DNA of 64,000 nt from an uncultured Acidobacteriota bacterium (GCA_963803835.1 CAWDOI010000016.1:3956-67955); one strand, 5' to 3'. Shown: positions 26,284-36,367, counted from the first letter of the stretch. The notes: generated by a model from the sequence alone, not told the origin. Made by a program: numbers and translations.

Positions 26284-29268
26284 ATGCCTGAATCGCAATC
26301 CATGATCGGCCGAACCGTTTCTCACTATCGCATCGTCGAAAAACTTGGCGGCGGTGGGATGGGCGTGGTGTACAAGGCCGAAGATGTGAGTCTGCACCGG
26401 TTTGTCGCGGTGAAGTTTCTTCCTGACGATGTGGCCAGAGATCCACAAGCGTTGGCGCGATTTCAGCGAGAGGCGCAGGCGGCGTCCGCGCTGAATCATC
26501 CGAATATCTGCACGATCCACGAAATTGGGCAACAAGATGGCCAGCCATTTATCGTCATGGAGTATCTGGATGGGGTGACGCTGAAGCACCGAATCGCGGG
26601 GAAGCCGATGGAAACGGAATCGCTGCTGTCACTGGCGATTGAGATCGCGGATGCGCTCGACGCTGCGCATTCCGAGGGAATCGTTCATCGCGACATCAAG
26701 CCGGCCAATATTTTTGTGACGAAGCGGGGGCACGCGAAGATTCTCGATTTTGGGTTGGCGAAGACGCTGCCGTCCGCATCGACGATGTCGATGTCGGCGA
26801 CGCAGGATACGGCCGACGCGGTGTCGCCCGAACACTTGACGAGTCCGGGCAGCACGCTCGGGACGGTCGCGTACATGTCGCCGGAGCAGGTGCGGGCGAA
26901 AAATTTGGATGCGCGGAGCGATCTCTTCTCGTTTGGATCGGTTCTCTATGAAATGGCGACGGGGACGTTGCCGTTCCGTGGAGAAAGCTCGGGAGTTATC
27001 TTTCATGAAATTCTGGATCGCGATCCGGTTCCCGCGATTCGGCTGAATCCTGACCTTCCGGCGAAGCTCGAAGACATCGTCAACAAGGCGCTCGAGAAAG
27101 ATAGGGAACTGCGTTATCAGGGCGCGGCTGAAATGCGGGCCGATTTGAAGCGGGTGAAACGTGAGACGGAAACACGGTCCGGCGTATCGGCAGCCTCGGG
27201 GACAGTTGCGGTGGCGCAGGACAGCGGAACTCATTCGGTTGCGCAACAGACAGGGTCTGGATCGAGTTCGGTGTCGGCCGCTGCTGCAGTCCCGGCATCG
27301 TCATCCGCCGTGAAAGCTGCTGAAGCTCCGGTGGCCGGAGGGAAAAAACTCTGGAAGATTTTGATTCCTGCTGCTGTTGTTGTGGTGGCTGCGTTGATCG
27401 CGGGATTTTTCTACTTCCGTCCTCGTCCGGCGGCGACGTTGACCGAGAAGGACACCATCGTCCTCGCTGATTTCGATAACACGACCGGAGATCCCGTCTT
27501 CGACGGCGCCTTGAAGCAGGCACTGGCTGTGCAGCTCGGTCAATCTCCGTTTCTCAACATCCTCTCGGAGCGCAAAGTGGAAGACACTTTGCGGCTGATG
27601 GGGCGTCCGTCGAATGAGCGCGTTACTCGCGACGTAGCTAGAGAACTCTGCGTGCGCACAGGCAGCAAGGCGATTCTTTTGGGTTCGATTTCCAACTTGG
27701 GCGGGCAGTACGTGGTCGGCATCGATGCGGTCGGTTGCAGCACCGGGGACACGTTGGCCACCGAGCAGGAAGAAGCTTCGACGAAACAGGATGTGCTGAA
27801 AGCACTGAGTAAGGCAGCGTCCAGCATAAGAGGCAAGCTCGGCGAATCGCTGGCTTCCGTTCAGAAGTTCGACGTTCCCGTTGAGGCCACGACGACATCG
27901 CTCGAGGCACTGAAAGACTACAGTATGGGGATTACAACCGGCCGCACAAAAGGAGACGCTGCTGCCATTCCGTTCATGAAGCGTGCGCTCGAACTCGACC
28001 CGAATTTTGCCGCAGCCTATGCTGGCCTCGGGGTCGAATACAGCAATCTCGGACAAGCCAGTTTGTCGGCGGAGAACGTCAAGAAGGCTTATGCGCTGCG
28101 CGACCGCGTCAGTGAACACGAAAAATACCGCATCGCTGCCTTGTACTACAGCAACGTGACCGGGGATTTAGAGCAGGCGATTCAAGTCTACGAATTGTGG
28201 GCCAAAAGCTATCCGCAGGATATGGTGCCTCCGGGCACCTTGGGGAGCATTTATAGCGAGTTTGGGCAGTTCGACAAGTCTGTGGCTGAGACCCAAGAGG
28301 CATCGCGGCTGGAACCGAATGCAGTATTTGCTTATGCCAACCTCGCGCTGGATTATCTTGCACTGAACCGACCCGACGATGCGAAGAAAGCGATTGAGCA
28401 GGCTCAGCAGCGAAAGCTGGACGCCGATTTTTTACACTGGACAATTTACCAGGTGGCCTTTTTCAAAGGTGATGCACCGGAAATGGAGCGGCAGGTAGCT
28501 TGGGCTGCGGGGAAGCCTGGAAGTGAAGACATCCTGCTCTCTTTCCAATCCGACACGGAGGCGTATTACGGGCGGCTCGCGAAGGCGCGGGACTTCTCCC
28601 GGCGTGCGGTTGATTCGGCGGTCCGTGATGAATCGAAGGAAACGGCCGCGCTGTGGCAGGTGAATGCTGCACTGCGGGAAGCGGAGTTCGGCAACCCAGC
28701 GGCCGCGAAGCGAGGTGTTGAAGCGGCACTGGCGCTGGCTCCGGGCCGGGACGTGAAACTATTCGCCGCTCTCGCGCTGGCTCGAATCGGTGAAGCCGCT
28801 AGCGCAAAGGCCATCGTAGAAGAACTGGAAAAGAACGAACCGTCGAATACGATCCTGAAGGTCTACTGGCTGCCAACGATTAAGTCAGCGATTGCACTAA
28901 GTGCCAACAATTCCGCCCAAGCTGTGATGTTTCTCGAAGCGGCTGCACCTTATGAACTGGGCATCCCCCCACAACTGCAGTCGGGGACGATGTATCCGGT
29001 TTACATTCGCGGACTGGCTCAGCTAGCGGGGCACAACGGGGCTGCTGCGGCTACGGAGTTTCAGAAGTTTCTCGACCACCGAGGAATCACACTAAACTAC
29101 CCACTTGGCGCGCTCGCGCATCTCGGACTCGCTCGCGCTTATGCACTTTCGGGCGACACGGCTAAGGCGAAGGCTGCGTATGATGATTTCTTTGCGCTAT
29201 GGAAAGACGCTGATGCTGACGTTCCCATTGTTGTCGCCGCGAAATCCGAATACGCCAAATTGAAGTGA
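26284..29268 (+). CDS. membrane Ser/Thr protein kinase with TPR repeats (kinase 4, paralog of kinase 2)
   Basis: Kinase motifs, a TM segment and TPR repeats. The C-terminus [32 protein letters not shown] is shared with kinase 2. Confidence 0.9.
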   Translation: MPESQSMIGRTVSHYRIVEKLGGGGMGVVYKAEDVSLHRFVAVKFLPDDVARDPQALARFQREAQAASALNHPNICTIHEIGQQDGQPFIVMEYLDGVTLKHRIAGKPMETESLLSLAIEIADALDAAHSEGIVHRDIKPANIFVTKRGHAKILDFGLAKTLPSASTMSMSATQDTADAVSPEHLTSPGSTLGTVAYMSPEQVRAKNLDARSDLFSFGSVLYEMATGTLPFRGESSGVIFHEILDRDPVPAIRLNPDLPAKLEDIVNKALEKDRELRYQGAAEMRADLKRVKRETETRSGVSAASGTVAVAQDSGTHSVAQQTGSGSSSVSAAAAVPASSSAVKAAEAPVAGGKKLWKILIPAAVVVVAALIAGFFYFRPRPAATLTEKDTIVLADFDNTTGDPVFDGALKQALAVQLGQSPFLNILSERKVEDTLRLMGRPSNERVTRDVARELCVRTGSKAILLGSISNLGGQYVVGIDAVGCSTGDTLATEQEEASTKQDVLKALSKAASSIRGKLGESLASVQKFDVPVEATTTSLEALKDYSMGITTGRTKGDAAAIPFMKRALELDPNFAAAYAGLGVEYSNLGQASLSAENVKKAYALRDRVSEHEKYRIAALYYSNVTGDLEQAIQVYELWAKSYPQDMVPPGTLGSIYSEFGQFDKSVAETQEASRLEPNAVFAYANLALDYLALNRPDDAKKAIEQAQQRKLDADFLHWTIYQVAFFKGDAPEMERQVAWAAGKPGSEDILLSFQSDTEAYYGRLAKARDFSRRAVDSAVRDESKETAALWQVNAALREAEFGNPAAAKRGVEAALALAPGRDVKLFAALALARIGEAASAKAIVEELEKNEPSNTILKVYWLPTIKSAIALSANNSAQAVMFLEAAAPYELGIPPQLQSGTMYPVYIRGLAQLAGHNGAAAATEFQKFLDHRGITLNYPLGALAHLGLARAYALSGDTAKAKAAYDDFFALWKDADADVPIVVAAKSEYAKLK

Positions 29269-29446
29269 CTCGCGCGCTGGCGATTCTCACTCCTGTTTCT
29301 ATTCTGGCCAATCCTAATTCACGAGATTGATTTATGGTTTCTGCGTGTGCGCGAGCGAAAGAGAGAAACCGCAGATTCCTCGTCCGATCCTGGTCGGATC
29401 GTCCTCGGAATGACAGATAAGGACGAGCAAAAAGTAAAACCAAGCC

Positions 29447-29516
29447 CCATCCTTCGTTCGCCGCTGGCGAACGAAGGATGGGCACCCGGCCGCTGGCGAA
29501 CGAAGGGTGGGCACCC
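29447..29516. repeat. REP-like palindromic element (CCATCCTTCGTTCG-ccgctgg-CGAACGAAGGATGG plus a second half-copy)
   Basis: 14-bp perfect stem at 29447-29460 / 29468-29481, followed by GCCGCTGGCGAACGAAGGGTGGGCACCC. Lies between the convergent kinase 4 and MOSC genes. Confidence 0.8.
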
Positions 29517-29583
29517 GAAAAACCAACGATACGAAAGGGCCGACGAGACACCGGCCGTACGGAAAAGCAGGCGCTTCGCTAGT

Positions 29584-30261
29584 TTACGCGTTTGTCGCTT
29601 GCAGGCGTTGGCGGAAGTAATCCTTCCAACTGTCGGGTAGGGCGGCGACTTTGAGGACGCGTTGCAATGAGGCACGGTCATCATCGGAGTAACTTTTTGC
29701 GATGTAGAGACGTGTGATTTCGGGGACCGGGACGGCGTTCGGGTCGCGATCGATTAGTTTGAGTGCGTCGCCGGCGGCGACTTCGCCTTCGCGAGTGACG
29801 GCGAGGTAGAACCCAGTGCGGCCGCTTGCGAGGAATCGGCGAACCATGTCGTCGGAATTGAATCTTATGCCGAGTTTGTAGCAGGGGAGGCGCGGCTGCG
29901 TCACGACGACCTCTGCGGTGCCGACCGAGAAGGCGTCGCCGAGATGGACGGAATCTTCGAGCAAGCCTTCGGTCGTGAAGTTCTCGCCAAAAATGGCCAA
30001 CGGCAACTGGCGGCCGGGCAATTCTCTCTTCCAATACTCGTAGTGAGCGAATGGATAGCAATAGACGGCTTTGAATTCGCCGCCGTGGACGGTGAGGTCG
30101 GCCTGGCGATCACCGTCGAGATTCAATTTACGCAGGGCAATGCGTCCGGTGACGGGTTGTTTGAAAATTCCGGTGGTGACGGGCTTTCCGTGCCAGGTGA
30201 CTTCGCGGGGGAGGCCGGTGTTCAATGAGATTAGCTTTGGCGGAGGCTGATTTTTATTCAT
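29584..30261 (-). CDS. MOSC domain protein (YiiM-like)
   Basis: GIFKQPV.G...L.LDGD.QADL.VHGG..KAVY.YP..HY..W...L and VTQPR.PCYKLG motifs, typical of YiiM/MOSC proteins. Confidence 0.85.
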   Translation of the reverse strand: MNKNQPPPKLISLNTGLPREVTWHGKPVTTGIFKQPVTGRIALRKLNLDGDRQADLTVHGGEFKAVYCYPFAHYEYWKRELPGRQLPLAIFGENFTTEGLLEDSVHLGDAFSVGTAEVVVTQPRLPCYKLGIRFNSDDMVRRFLASGRTGFYLAVTREGEVAAGDALKLIDRDPNAVPVPEITRLYIAKSYSDDDRASLQRVLKVAALPDSWKDYFRQRLQATNA

Positions 30262-30396
30262 GTCGATCTGCGATCCGCGCGAGATTCAAGCGAGATACAT
30301 CTGATGTATGAGATGAAAGTTTGACTCATGAAATCGGTTGAGTGAATGCCGAGGGAAATGCGAGACCCACCCTTCACAAGAGTCGTTCAGGGCAGG

Positions 30397-30428
30397 CCCT
30401 TCGCGAGGCGAAGGATGGAGAACCCGGC
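30397..30428. repeat. REP-like element, same family (CCTTCGC-gag-GCGAAGGATGGAGAACCCGGC)
   Basis: Shares the CGAAGGATGGnnnACCCGnC right half with the copies at 29468 and 33273. Confidence 0.7.
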
Positions 30429-30462
30429 ACGTTAACTGGAATCTCGGCTCCGTGAACGTCTC

Positions 30463-30873
30463 TCATTTTTTGCGCGTTTCGGGCGTGTAATGAGATTGGA
30501 GGTATTGGATGATTTTTTGAGTGGCGTCATCGGGGATGGATGCGCCATACGTCTTCACCATTTTATTTACTTCGGCGGCCCAAACGTCCGCGGGCAGAGG
30601 AGGTTGCATTAGGATGAATCGAGGAGTGTGGCAAGTGTTGCAGTATGACGTGACTTCCTGGCGGCCATCGCCGGGGGCCAACGTGTAGGGAAACAGCGGA
30701 TAGGCTCCGACTTCGTACGTTGCGCCTGTTGAAGCCGCGTTCGGAAGTGTCTGGCGGATGCTGCCGGATTCATTCTGCGAATAATAGCCGGCGTTGAATT
30801 CCGCATAGAGCGCGGTGCTGGCGAGCAGTGCGCAGAGCACGGATGCGAGCGCGAATATTTTGCGTGACTTCAG
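30463..30873 (-). CDS. sorB: mono-haem c-type cytochrome, SorB-like subunit
   Basis: CNTCH haem-binding site. Immediately downstream of the Mo subunit. The only start giving a proper signal peptide (KSRKIFALASVLCALLASTALYA) without overlapping SorA is CTG 30873, which follows GAGGGG. The start is uncertain. Confidence 0.65.
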   Translation of the reverse strand: MKSRKIFALASVLCALLASTALYAEFNAGYYSQNESGSIRQTLPNAASTGATYEVGAYPLFPYTLAPGDGRQEVTSYCNTCHTPRFILMQPPLPADVWAAEVNKMVKTYGASIPDDATQKIIQYLQSHYTPETRKK

Positions 30874-30883
30874 ATGCCCCTCT

Positions 30884-32224
30884 TCACTCGGCGCTGCCGA
30901 CCGTGATTTCTTGCCGCTCGATTCGATTCCACATATAACCGCCGGGATTCCAAACTGCGTCTTCGGGCTGCGTGTGGCCTTTTTCATCGGTAGCGCGAAC
31001 AGCCAATTCATATTTTCCTGCGCGCTTTGGCGTCCAGGCGAACTCCCAGGTTCGGAATGAATACGGACCCAAGTCTTCGCCGAGATGGGCCGCGAGCCAA
31101 TTCTTTCCGCTGTCGGCGGAGACTTCGACTTTCTTGATGCCGCCGTATCCGCTGAATGCGATCCCGCGCAAAAGTTCGGGAAGGCCCGACGGAAGTTTTG
31201 CGGAGCCATCCGGAGAGATCAGAAATGAGCGGACGGGCATTTTTGAGATGGGGACTGTTTTGACTTTTCCGGCTTTTACTTCATCGGGAGTGGTTGTTCC
31301 GCCGGGAGCTTCGGGAATGCGATAGGCGGTCTTCATCCAGAAATTATCGTCCGGCTTGTCGAGAACGCGAATCCAGGAGAGGCACTTCACCCAATACGTC
31401 GCGAAATTTCCGGGGACGACGAGGCGGACGGGGAATCCGTTGAGCATTGGGAGGGGATCGCCGTTCATCAGGTAGGCGACGATACATTCGTCGAGAATGG
31501 GATCGGCAAGGTCGAGCGATTTCAGGAATCGATTCGAGCCGTAGCCTTCGGGGCCTTTGCCGCGATCTAATCCTTCGAATTGTAGCTGGAGCGAGCCGCT
31601 CTTCACTTGGGCAGCGTTCAGAATTTCGCGGAGTTTGACGCCGGTCCAGAGCGCGTTGCCCATTGCGCCATTGCCCCATTGTCCGCCGGGGACACGAGGC
31701 TGAACGCGGCTGCGGCTGTTGCCGGAGCACTGATTTACCGCAGCGACCGAAGCGGGCTTGAAGCGATTGATCAAATCGGCAAGGCTGAGCGTGAACGGAT
31801 TTCCGACGTTACCCTCGACGTGGAGGCGCCACTCTTTTAGATCCACCGAATTCGGGAGCGTTTCGAGATGCCAGCGGACGTAGAACGCGTCGTTCGGAGT
31901 GAATGGATTCAGGAAATAGTGGCGCGGGGTTTCGAGTTGGACGGGACGATCCGCAAGGAGAATTAGCGGGGCCTTTTGCGGCTCGGTAACGATGGGGCCG
32001 ACAGAATTCCAGTATGGGTTTGGGCCGGGGCCGGTGAACTCGGGGACGCTGCGCGGGGCGGATGGTTCTTGAGCTGAGGCACCGAGAGCTTCGAGAATTC
32101 CCGCCAGGCCAATGGCACTGCTGCTTGCGCCTAGCGTTTTCAGGAACCAGCGCCGCGAGTGATCGCAATCCGAATTTGCAACGGTTGATTCTTCAGACTG
32201 CGGAATGTTGCGCATTAGTTTCAT
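30884..32224 (-). CDS. sorA: sulfite-oxidase-family molybdopterin oxidoreductase, SorA-like, Tat-exported
   Basis: Twin-arginine signal [20 protein letters not shown]. Mo-ligand cysteine context [11 protein letters not shown]-terminal dimerisation-domain-like region. Confidence 0.85.
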   Translation of the reverse strand: MKLMRNIPQSEESTVANSDCDHSRRWFLKTLGASSSAIGLAGILEALGASAQEPSAPRSVPEFTGPGPNPYWNSVGPIVTEPQKAPLILLADRPVQLETPRHYFLNPFTPNDAFYVRWHLETLPNSVDLKEWRLHVEGNVGNPFTLSLADLINRFKPASVAAVNQCSGNSRSRVQPRVPGGQWGNGAMGNALWTGVKLREILNAAQVKSGSLQLQFEGLDRGKGPEGYGSNRFLKSLDLADPILDECIVAYLMNGDPLPMLNGFPVRLVVPGNFATYWVKCLSWIRVLDKPDDNFWMKTAYRIPEAPGGTTTPDEVKAGKVKTVPISKMPVRSFLISPDGSAKLPSGLPELLRGIAFSGYGGIKKVEVSADSGKNWLAAHLGEDLGPYSFRTWEFAWTPKRAGKYELAVRATDEKGHTQPEDAVWNPGGYMWNRIERQEITVGSAE

Positions 32225-32305
32225 TCAGTTTCGCTTTCGTTGATATTCGACAGGTGTCGCGGCAGTGAAAGTTTGCGTTCTGACTCGCGGGTTCGCGAGC
32301 GCCGG

Positions 32306-32509
32306 TTAATGACGGATGGTGATGCGCGCGGAGTCGAATTCGTAGCCCTCGTCCGTAACGGTTTTTGCGGCGACCGAGCGGAGACTCGCCTCGTCCGCAT
32401 TCTTCGGCGCATCGAAATGGCGATGAATCACTTCCTCGCCGGATTGGATTCGAACCTGCCACTTCGACTTCGCCGCATCCCAAGAGACTTCAACTTGATC
32501 TGGACGCAT
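32306..32509 (-). CDS. hypothetical small protein
   Basis: ATG 32509 follows GGAGGAG. MRPDQVEVSWDAAKSKWQVRIQSGEEVIHRHF... Confidence 0.45.
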   Translation of the reverse strand: MRPDQVEVSWDAAKSKWQVRIQSGEEVIHRHFDAPKNADEASLRSVAAKTVTDEGYEFDSARITIRH

Positions 32510-32574
32510 GGACTCCTCCAAAGGCAATCTCGGCGACATTATAGTGCAGTCCGCGATTTTCGAGATTGGCGGAA

Positions 32575-33177
32575 TTATTTTTGCTTGGCTGTCAGAACTA
32601 ATAGCGCGGCGAGTGTTGCTGTTTTCTGATCCGTGGTCCACGGCGGGCCGAGAGAATGGCCGGCGACGGAAAGTTGCTTCGAGATGCGAGAGGCTGCTTT
32701 GCCGAATGTTTTGCGGGCGCGCTCTTCGAGTTCACGCTGTCGGAGGCCGGTGACGGGAATGCCGAGGCTTTCGCACGCTTTTGAGAAGGCTTCGCGAAAG
32801 AATTCGCCTTCCGCGGCGTGAAGCAGAGGGTGCGCGGCGAGAATTTTGGGAAGAGGCGGGAGCGGGCGGCCCGAGGCCAAGATTATGGCGGAAGCTACGA
32901 CGCGATATTTACGAGTGCGCAATTCATTTACTACATCGTGTATCGCTGCAGCCGCGAGCCGTCTTGAAGACGCAAAGCAATCTGCAATGAATTTCTCCGC
33001 CGCTGGAAGCTCGAGATTCTTTGCGAAGTGATACGGCTGGATCGCGCCGGGAATTCCGGGCGTCGTGAGAGCGATACGCCGGCGTTCGATTACTTCCACT
33101 TTTCCGGCGCCCAGCGAGACTGCGACTAGCGCTCCCCAGCCGGAGTGCGTTCGAACGCCGATGGATGCGCGGTTCAT
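32575..33177 (-). CDS. hypothetical protein
   Basis: 200 aa, MNRASIGVRTHSGWGALVAVSLGAGKVEVIERRRIAL... No family recognised. TACAAT lies 7 nt upstream of the ATG. Confidence 0.55.
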   Translation of the reverse strand: MNRASIGVRTHSGWGALVAVSLGAGKVEVIERRRIALTTPGIPGAIQPYHFAKNLELPAAEKFIADCFASSRRLAAAAIHDVVNELRTRKYRVVASAIILASGRPLPPLPKILAAHPLLHAAEGEFFREAFSKACESLGIPVTGLRQRELEERARKTFGKAASRISKQLSVAGHSLGPPWTTDQKTATLAALLVLTAKQK

Positions 33178-33257
33178 GTGTGAGGATTGTACGCGAATGT
33201 TGAAGCGTGTTCGCGATGTGTCGAAGATGGAATCGAGGCAGGCGAGAAATCAAGCCA

Positions 33258-33293
33258 CCCACCCTTCGCGTCGCGAAGGATGGGGTACCCGAC
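33258..33293. repeat. REP-like element, same family (CCCACCCTTCGCG-t-CGCGAAGGATGGGGTACCCGAC)
   Basis: Palindromic core CCTTCGCGtCGCGAAGG. Lies in an intergenic region. Confidence 0.7.
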
Positions 33294-33321
33294 GTCGGTT
33301 GCATCGCTGAAGTGACGCAGA

Positions 33322-33735
33322 TTAGAGGCGCAATGCGATGAAGACGAGATAGGCGGCGAGGACCAGGCCGAATAACGCCACGAGAATGCCTACGAGATCG
33401 ATCAGAAAACCGGCTGGAGCGAAATGTCCGGAGTCCAATTGAGCGCGCGTCCGGCGGTAACGAAGCCAGCCAGCGAGCGTCAATGCCACGCCGCCGATAA
33501 TTGCGATCGTGCCGAACCAAACGGAAAGCCCTTCACCTTCTGACACGTGACCTTGAATTTGCATGAATTCGCGGATGGCGATAGCGAAGCGGCCGATGGC
33601 AAAACCGAACACGACGATGGCGATGCCCGTGCGCACCCACGCCAGAAAAGTTCGTTCATTCGCAAGATGGTCGCTCGTGCGATTGAAATCCGCGCTGGCG
33701 GATGACGGATTGTCGTTCGGCTTCGGCTCGGCCAT
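33322..33735 (-). CDS. YidH/DUF202 family inner-membrane protein
   Basis: LANERTFLAWVRTGIAIVVFGFAI signature plus three TM helices. Confidence 0.8.
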   Translation of the reverse strand: MAEPKPNDNPSSASADFNRTSDHLANERTFLAWVRTGIAIVVFGFAIGRFAIAIREFMQIQGHVSEGEGLSVWFGTIAIIGGVALTLAGWLRYRRTRAQLDSGHFAPAGFLIDLVGILVALFGLVLAAYLVFIALRL

Positions 33736-33774
33736 GACTCCTCAGAGAATTCGAAAGGCGATTACTGAGAATGG

Positions 33775-34170
33775 CTATTTTACGGCTTGTTCGAGGATTG
33801 CGCCTACGCCGGCGATATTTTTGATCAGGCCGTCCGGGATTTGGTGCCGATGTTTGAGGTAGTCAGGGCTGTTGTAGGAGAGCCAAACTTTGCCGTCGGC
33901 GTCTTCCCAGGCTAGCGCTTTTAGCGGCAGATCAATCGCGAGCGTTGGGGAGGCGACCATTAGAGGTGTGCCGCCTTTCGGACTGCCGAAAATAATGAGC
34001 TGAGTGGGGCGCATCTTCAGGCCGACTTTCTCCGCTTCGCCGCTGTGATCGACGCGCGCAAATACTGTGAGATTTTTGGCTTGCAGCAGGGACTCGAGCC
34101 GCTTCAGCGTTTCCGGAACGGAATAGGGACTGCTGAGGTGAACCATTCCGTTGTCTGGCAAGGCAGGCAT
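33775..34170 (-). CDS. DUF302 domain protein
   Basis: ARVDHSGEAEKVGLKMRPTQLIIFGSPKGGTPLM....LAIDLPLKALAWED..GKVWLSYN. ATG 34170 follows GGAGGA. Confidence 0.8.
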   Translation of the reverse strand: MPALPDNGMVHLSSPYSVPETLKRLESLLQAKNLTVFARVDHSGEAEKVGLKMRPTQLIIFGSPKGGTPLMVASPTLAIDLPLKALAWEDADGKVWLSYNSPDYLKHRHQIPDGLIKNIAGVGAILEQAVK

Positions 34171-34210
34171 GCGCGTCCTCCATAATTTCAAACTCAAACT
34201 GACAGTTTAA

Positions 34211-36088
34211 TCAAGATCGATCTCCGACGTACCAGGGCGCATTCACGGCAAAGATACGCTCATTGCCGCGGGCGAGCAGCACCCATTCGAGAAGGCGTCC
34301 GCGCTGATTATGGAGGAAGTATTCATACCATCTATTTTCGACGAGCTCGGGTATGACGACAATGATCGTGCGTGACGGATGCTTCTTCGAGAGTTCGAGA
34401 ACGAACTGAACGATGGGAATGATTACGAAGCGGTAGGGCGACGGCAGCAGTTTTAGCTTGGGCGGTTCCTTGCCGGCGGCGCGGAAGGGCTCGTCAACGT
34501 AGCGCTCCCAATCCGCGAGAAGTAATTCGGAGTACTCACTGGTCTCGACGTGAAGAGCGATCACTTGCGGTGAAAGCCGCGCGGCAAATTCGATGGCCTG
34601 GCAGGTGACTGTGCTCCAGCGATTGATGGGGATGACGGCAATGGGAGGATGGTTGAGACTCTTGGCACGGACCGGATCTTTGCAAGTGGTGACGACTTTG
34701 ATCCGGTGATAGTGACGTCGAACAATGATGAACAAGAAAATTACGAGCGGGATGAAGATCACCGTGATCCATGCGCCTTCAGCGAATTTCGCAACGAGGA
34801 CGACGATCACCGTGATGCCAGTGACGAACGCACCGAGTCCGTTGACGAAAGCGCCTTTCAGCCAATGCGGGCCGCGATGCCTCCGCCAATGGACGACCAT
34901 ACCGGCTTGGGAGAGCGTGAAGGCCAGAAAAGCGCCGACGGCATATAGGGGAATGAGCCGATCGGTCACGCCTCCGAAAGAAATGAGAAGAACGGCGCAA
35001 AGAAGCGCCAGGACCACGATGCCGTAGGTGTAGACGAGCCGCCGCCCGCGATAACTGAACACATGCGGGAGATAATTATTTTGCGCGATGGCGCGGCAGA
35101 GACGCGGAAAATCGGCGAAAGCGGTGTTGGCGGAAAGCGAAAGAACGAGAAGAATCGAAGCGATCGTCACATAGTAGAAAACACCTTTGCCGAAAACGGA
35201 CGCGATGAGCATGGAGAGAAGGCTCTGGTAGCCGGGCTGGCCCGGATCGGTTGCGGTGATGCCGTAAACCTTCACGAGATAGGAAATTCCAGCCAGCATC
35301 ACCCCGAGGATGAAAATAATTACGGTGAGAGTGAGCTGGGCATTCTTCACGGCGGGCTTGCGAAAAGCCTTCACGCCGTTGCTGACGGCTTCCACGCCGG
35401 TCAAGGCCGTGCAGCCGCTCGCGAAAGCTTTGAGCAGCAGCCAGTAAGTGACGGCTTCGGTGACGGGAGGCGGGGGTGGAAGCGTAGTGACCGGCGTTGG
35501 GTGGCCGTGACTGAGGACAACACGGAGAACGCCAGCGCCGATGGTGATGAGAAGTGTGCCGACGAAGAGATAGGTAGGAACTGCGAAGACCACGCCGGCC
35601 TCGCGCACGCCGCGAAGATTTATGATGGTGATGAGGATTAGAATGCCGACGCAGATCGAAACCGTGTGCGGCAGCAGAGATGGGATGGCGGAGACCAATG
35701 CGCCGACGCCGGCGGAAATGCCGACGGCGGCCGTGAGGATGTAGTCGGTGAGGAGCGCGGCGGCGGCAAGCAGGCTTGCACGCGCGCCAAGATTAAAGCG
35801 CGCCACGGTATACGAGCCGCCGCCGTTGGGATAGGCGGCGATGGTCTGGCGATAGGAGAAGTACACGATCACAAGCAAGATGATGATCGCGGCGCTGATC
35901 GGAATGAGATACCGAACCGCAAGAATGCCGAGAGGGATCAGAATGCTGAGGCCCGCTTCCGGGCCGTAAGCCGCCGAGCTGAGCGCGTCGAGGCCAAAGA
36001 TCGGGAGGCCTTTTGCGGCACCGACCTGCTCGGCGCGCTCGTCGCTGGTTTTTAGCGGCTTGCCGACTACGAGGTCCAGTAGGTTCAT
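34211..36088 (-). CDS. APC-superfamily amino-acid/cation permease with C-terminal cytoplasmic domain
   Basis: N-terminus GKPLKTSDERAEQVGAAKGLPIFGLDALSSAAYGPEA, about 12 TM helices, and a soluble tail of about 170 aa. Confidence 0.85.
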   Translation of the reverse strand: MNLLDLVVGKPLKTSDERAEQVGAAKGLPIFGLDALSSAAYGPEAGLSILIPLGILAVRYLIPISAAIIILLVIVYFSYRQTIAAYPNGGGSYTVARFNLGARASLLAAAALLTDYILTAAVGISAGVGALVSAIPSLLPHTVSICVGILILITIINLRGVREAGVVFAVPTYLFVGTLLITIGAGVLRVVLSHGHPTPVTTLPPPPPVTEAVTYWLLLKAFASGCTALTGVEAVSNGVKAFRKPAVKNAQLTLTVIIFILGVMLAGISYLVKVYGITATDPGQPGYQSLLSMLIASVFGKGVFYYVTIASILLVLSLSANTAFADFPRLCRAIAQNNYLPHVFSYRGRRLVYTYGIVVLALLCAVLLISFGGVTDRLIPLYAVGAFLAFTLSQAGMVVHWRRHRGPHWLKGAFVNGLGAFVTGITVIVVLVAKFAEGAWITVIFIPLVIFLFIIVRRHYHRIKVVTTCKDPVRAKSLNHPPIAVIPINRWSTVTCQAIEFAARLSPQVIALHVETSEYSELLLADWERYVDEPFRAAGKEPPKLKLLPSPYRFVIIPIVQFVLELSKKHPSRTIIVVIPELVENRWYEYFLHNQRGRLLEWVLLARGNERIFAVNAPWYVGDRS

Positions 36089-36367
36089 GAGCGATTCGAG
36101 TTCATTCGCAGTCTACGCTAAGTAAAATAGGATCTAACTACAGAGTGAAAAGTGACGACTGACACCGGCGCGAGATTGCATTTCGCGTTGCTCAACGATC
36201 GGAGAATGATCAGAGCGGAATTAAGATAACATCGGCTGGATGTTGAATCACGACGAAGCGAAAAATCCCAAATCTTGAGATGCCGGTCCGTCTTCCGACG
36301 GACCCTACGATTGCCGTTAGCACACAATCGCGCGTTCGGGCACTCAGTGGTTGCCGAAGGAGTCGAC

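Noticed and set aside
17598-29551. Dozens of 60-270-aa ORFs on both strands inside the four kinase genes (for example 23919-24371 and 26629-27246 on the minus strand, and 27301-28119 on the minus strand).
   Set aside because: They are shadow ORFs of long, motif-verified kinase genes in GC-rich DNA, with Arg/Pro/Ala-rich translations.
30463-31209. Long (248-aa) form of the cytochrome c ORF.
   Set aside because: Its N-terminal 110 residues overlap the 3-prime end of sorA in another frame and are not protein-like. It was trimmed to the post-sorA start.
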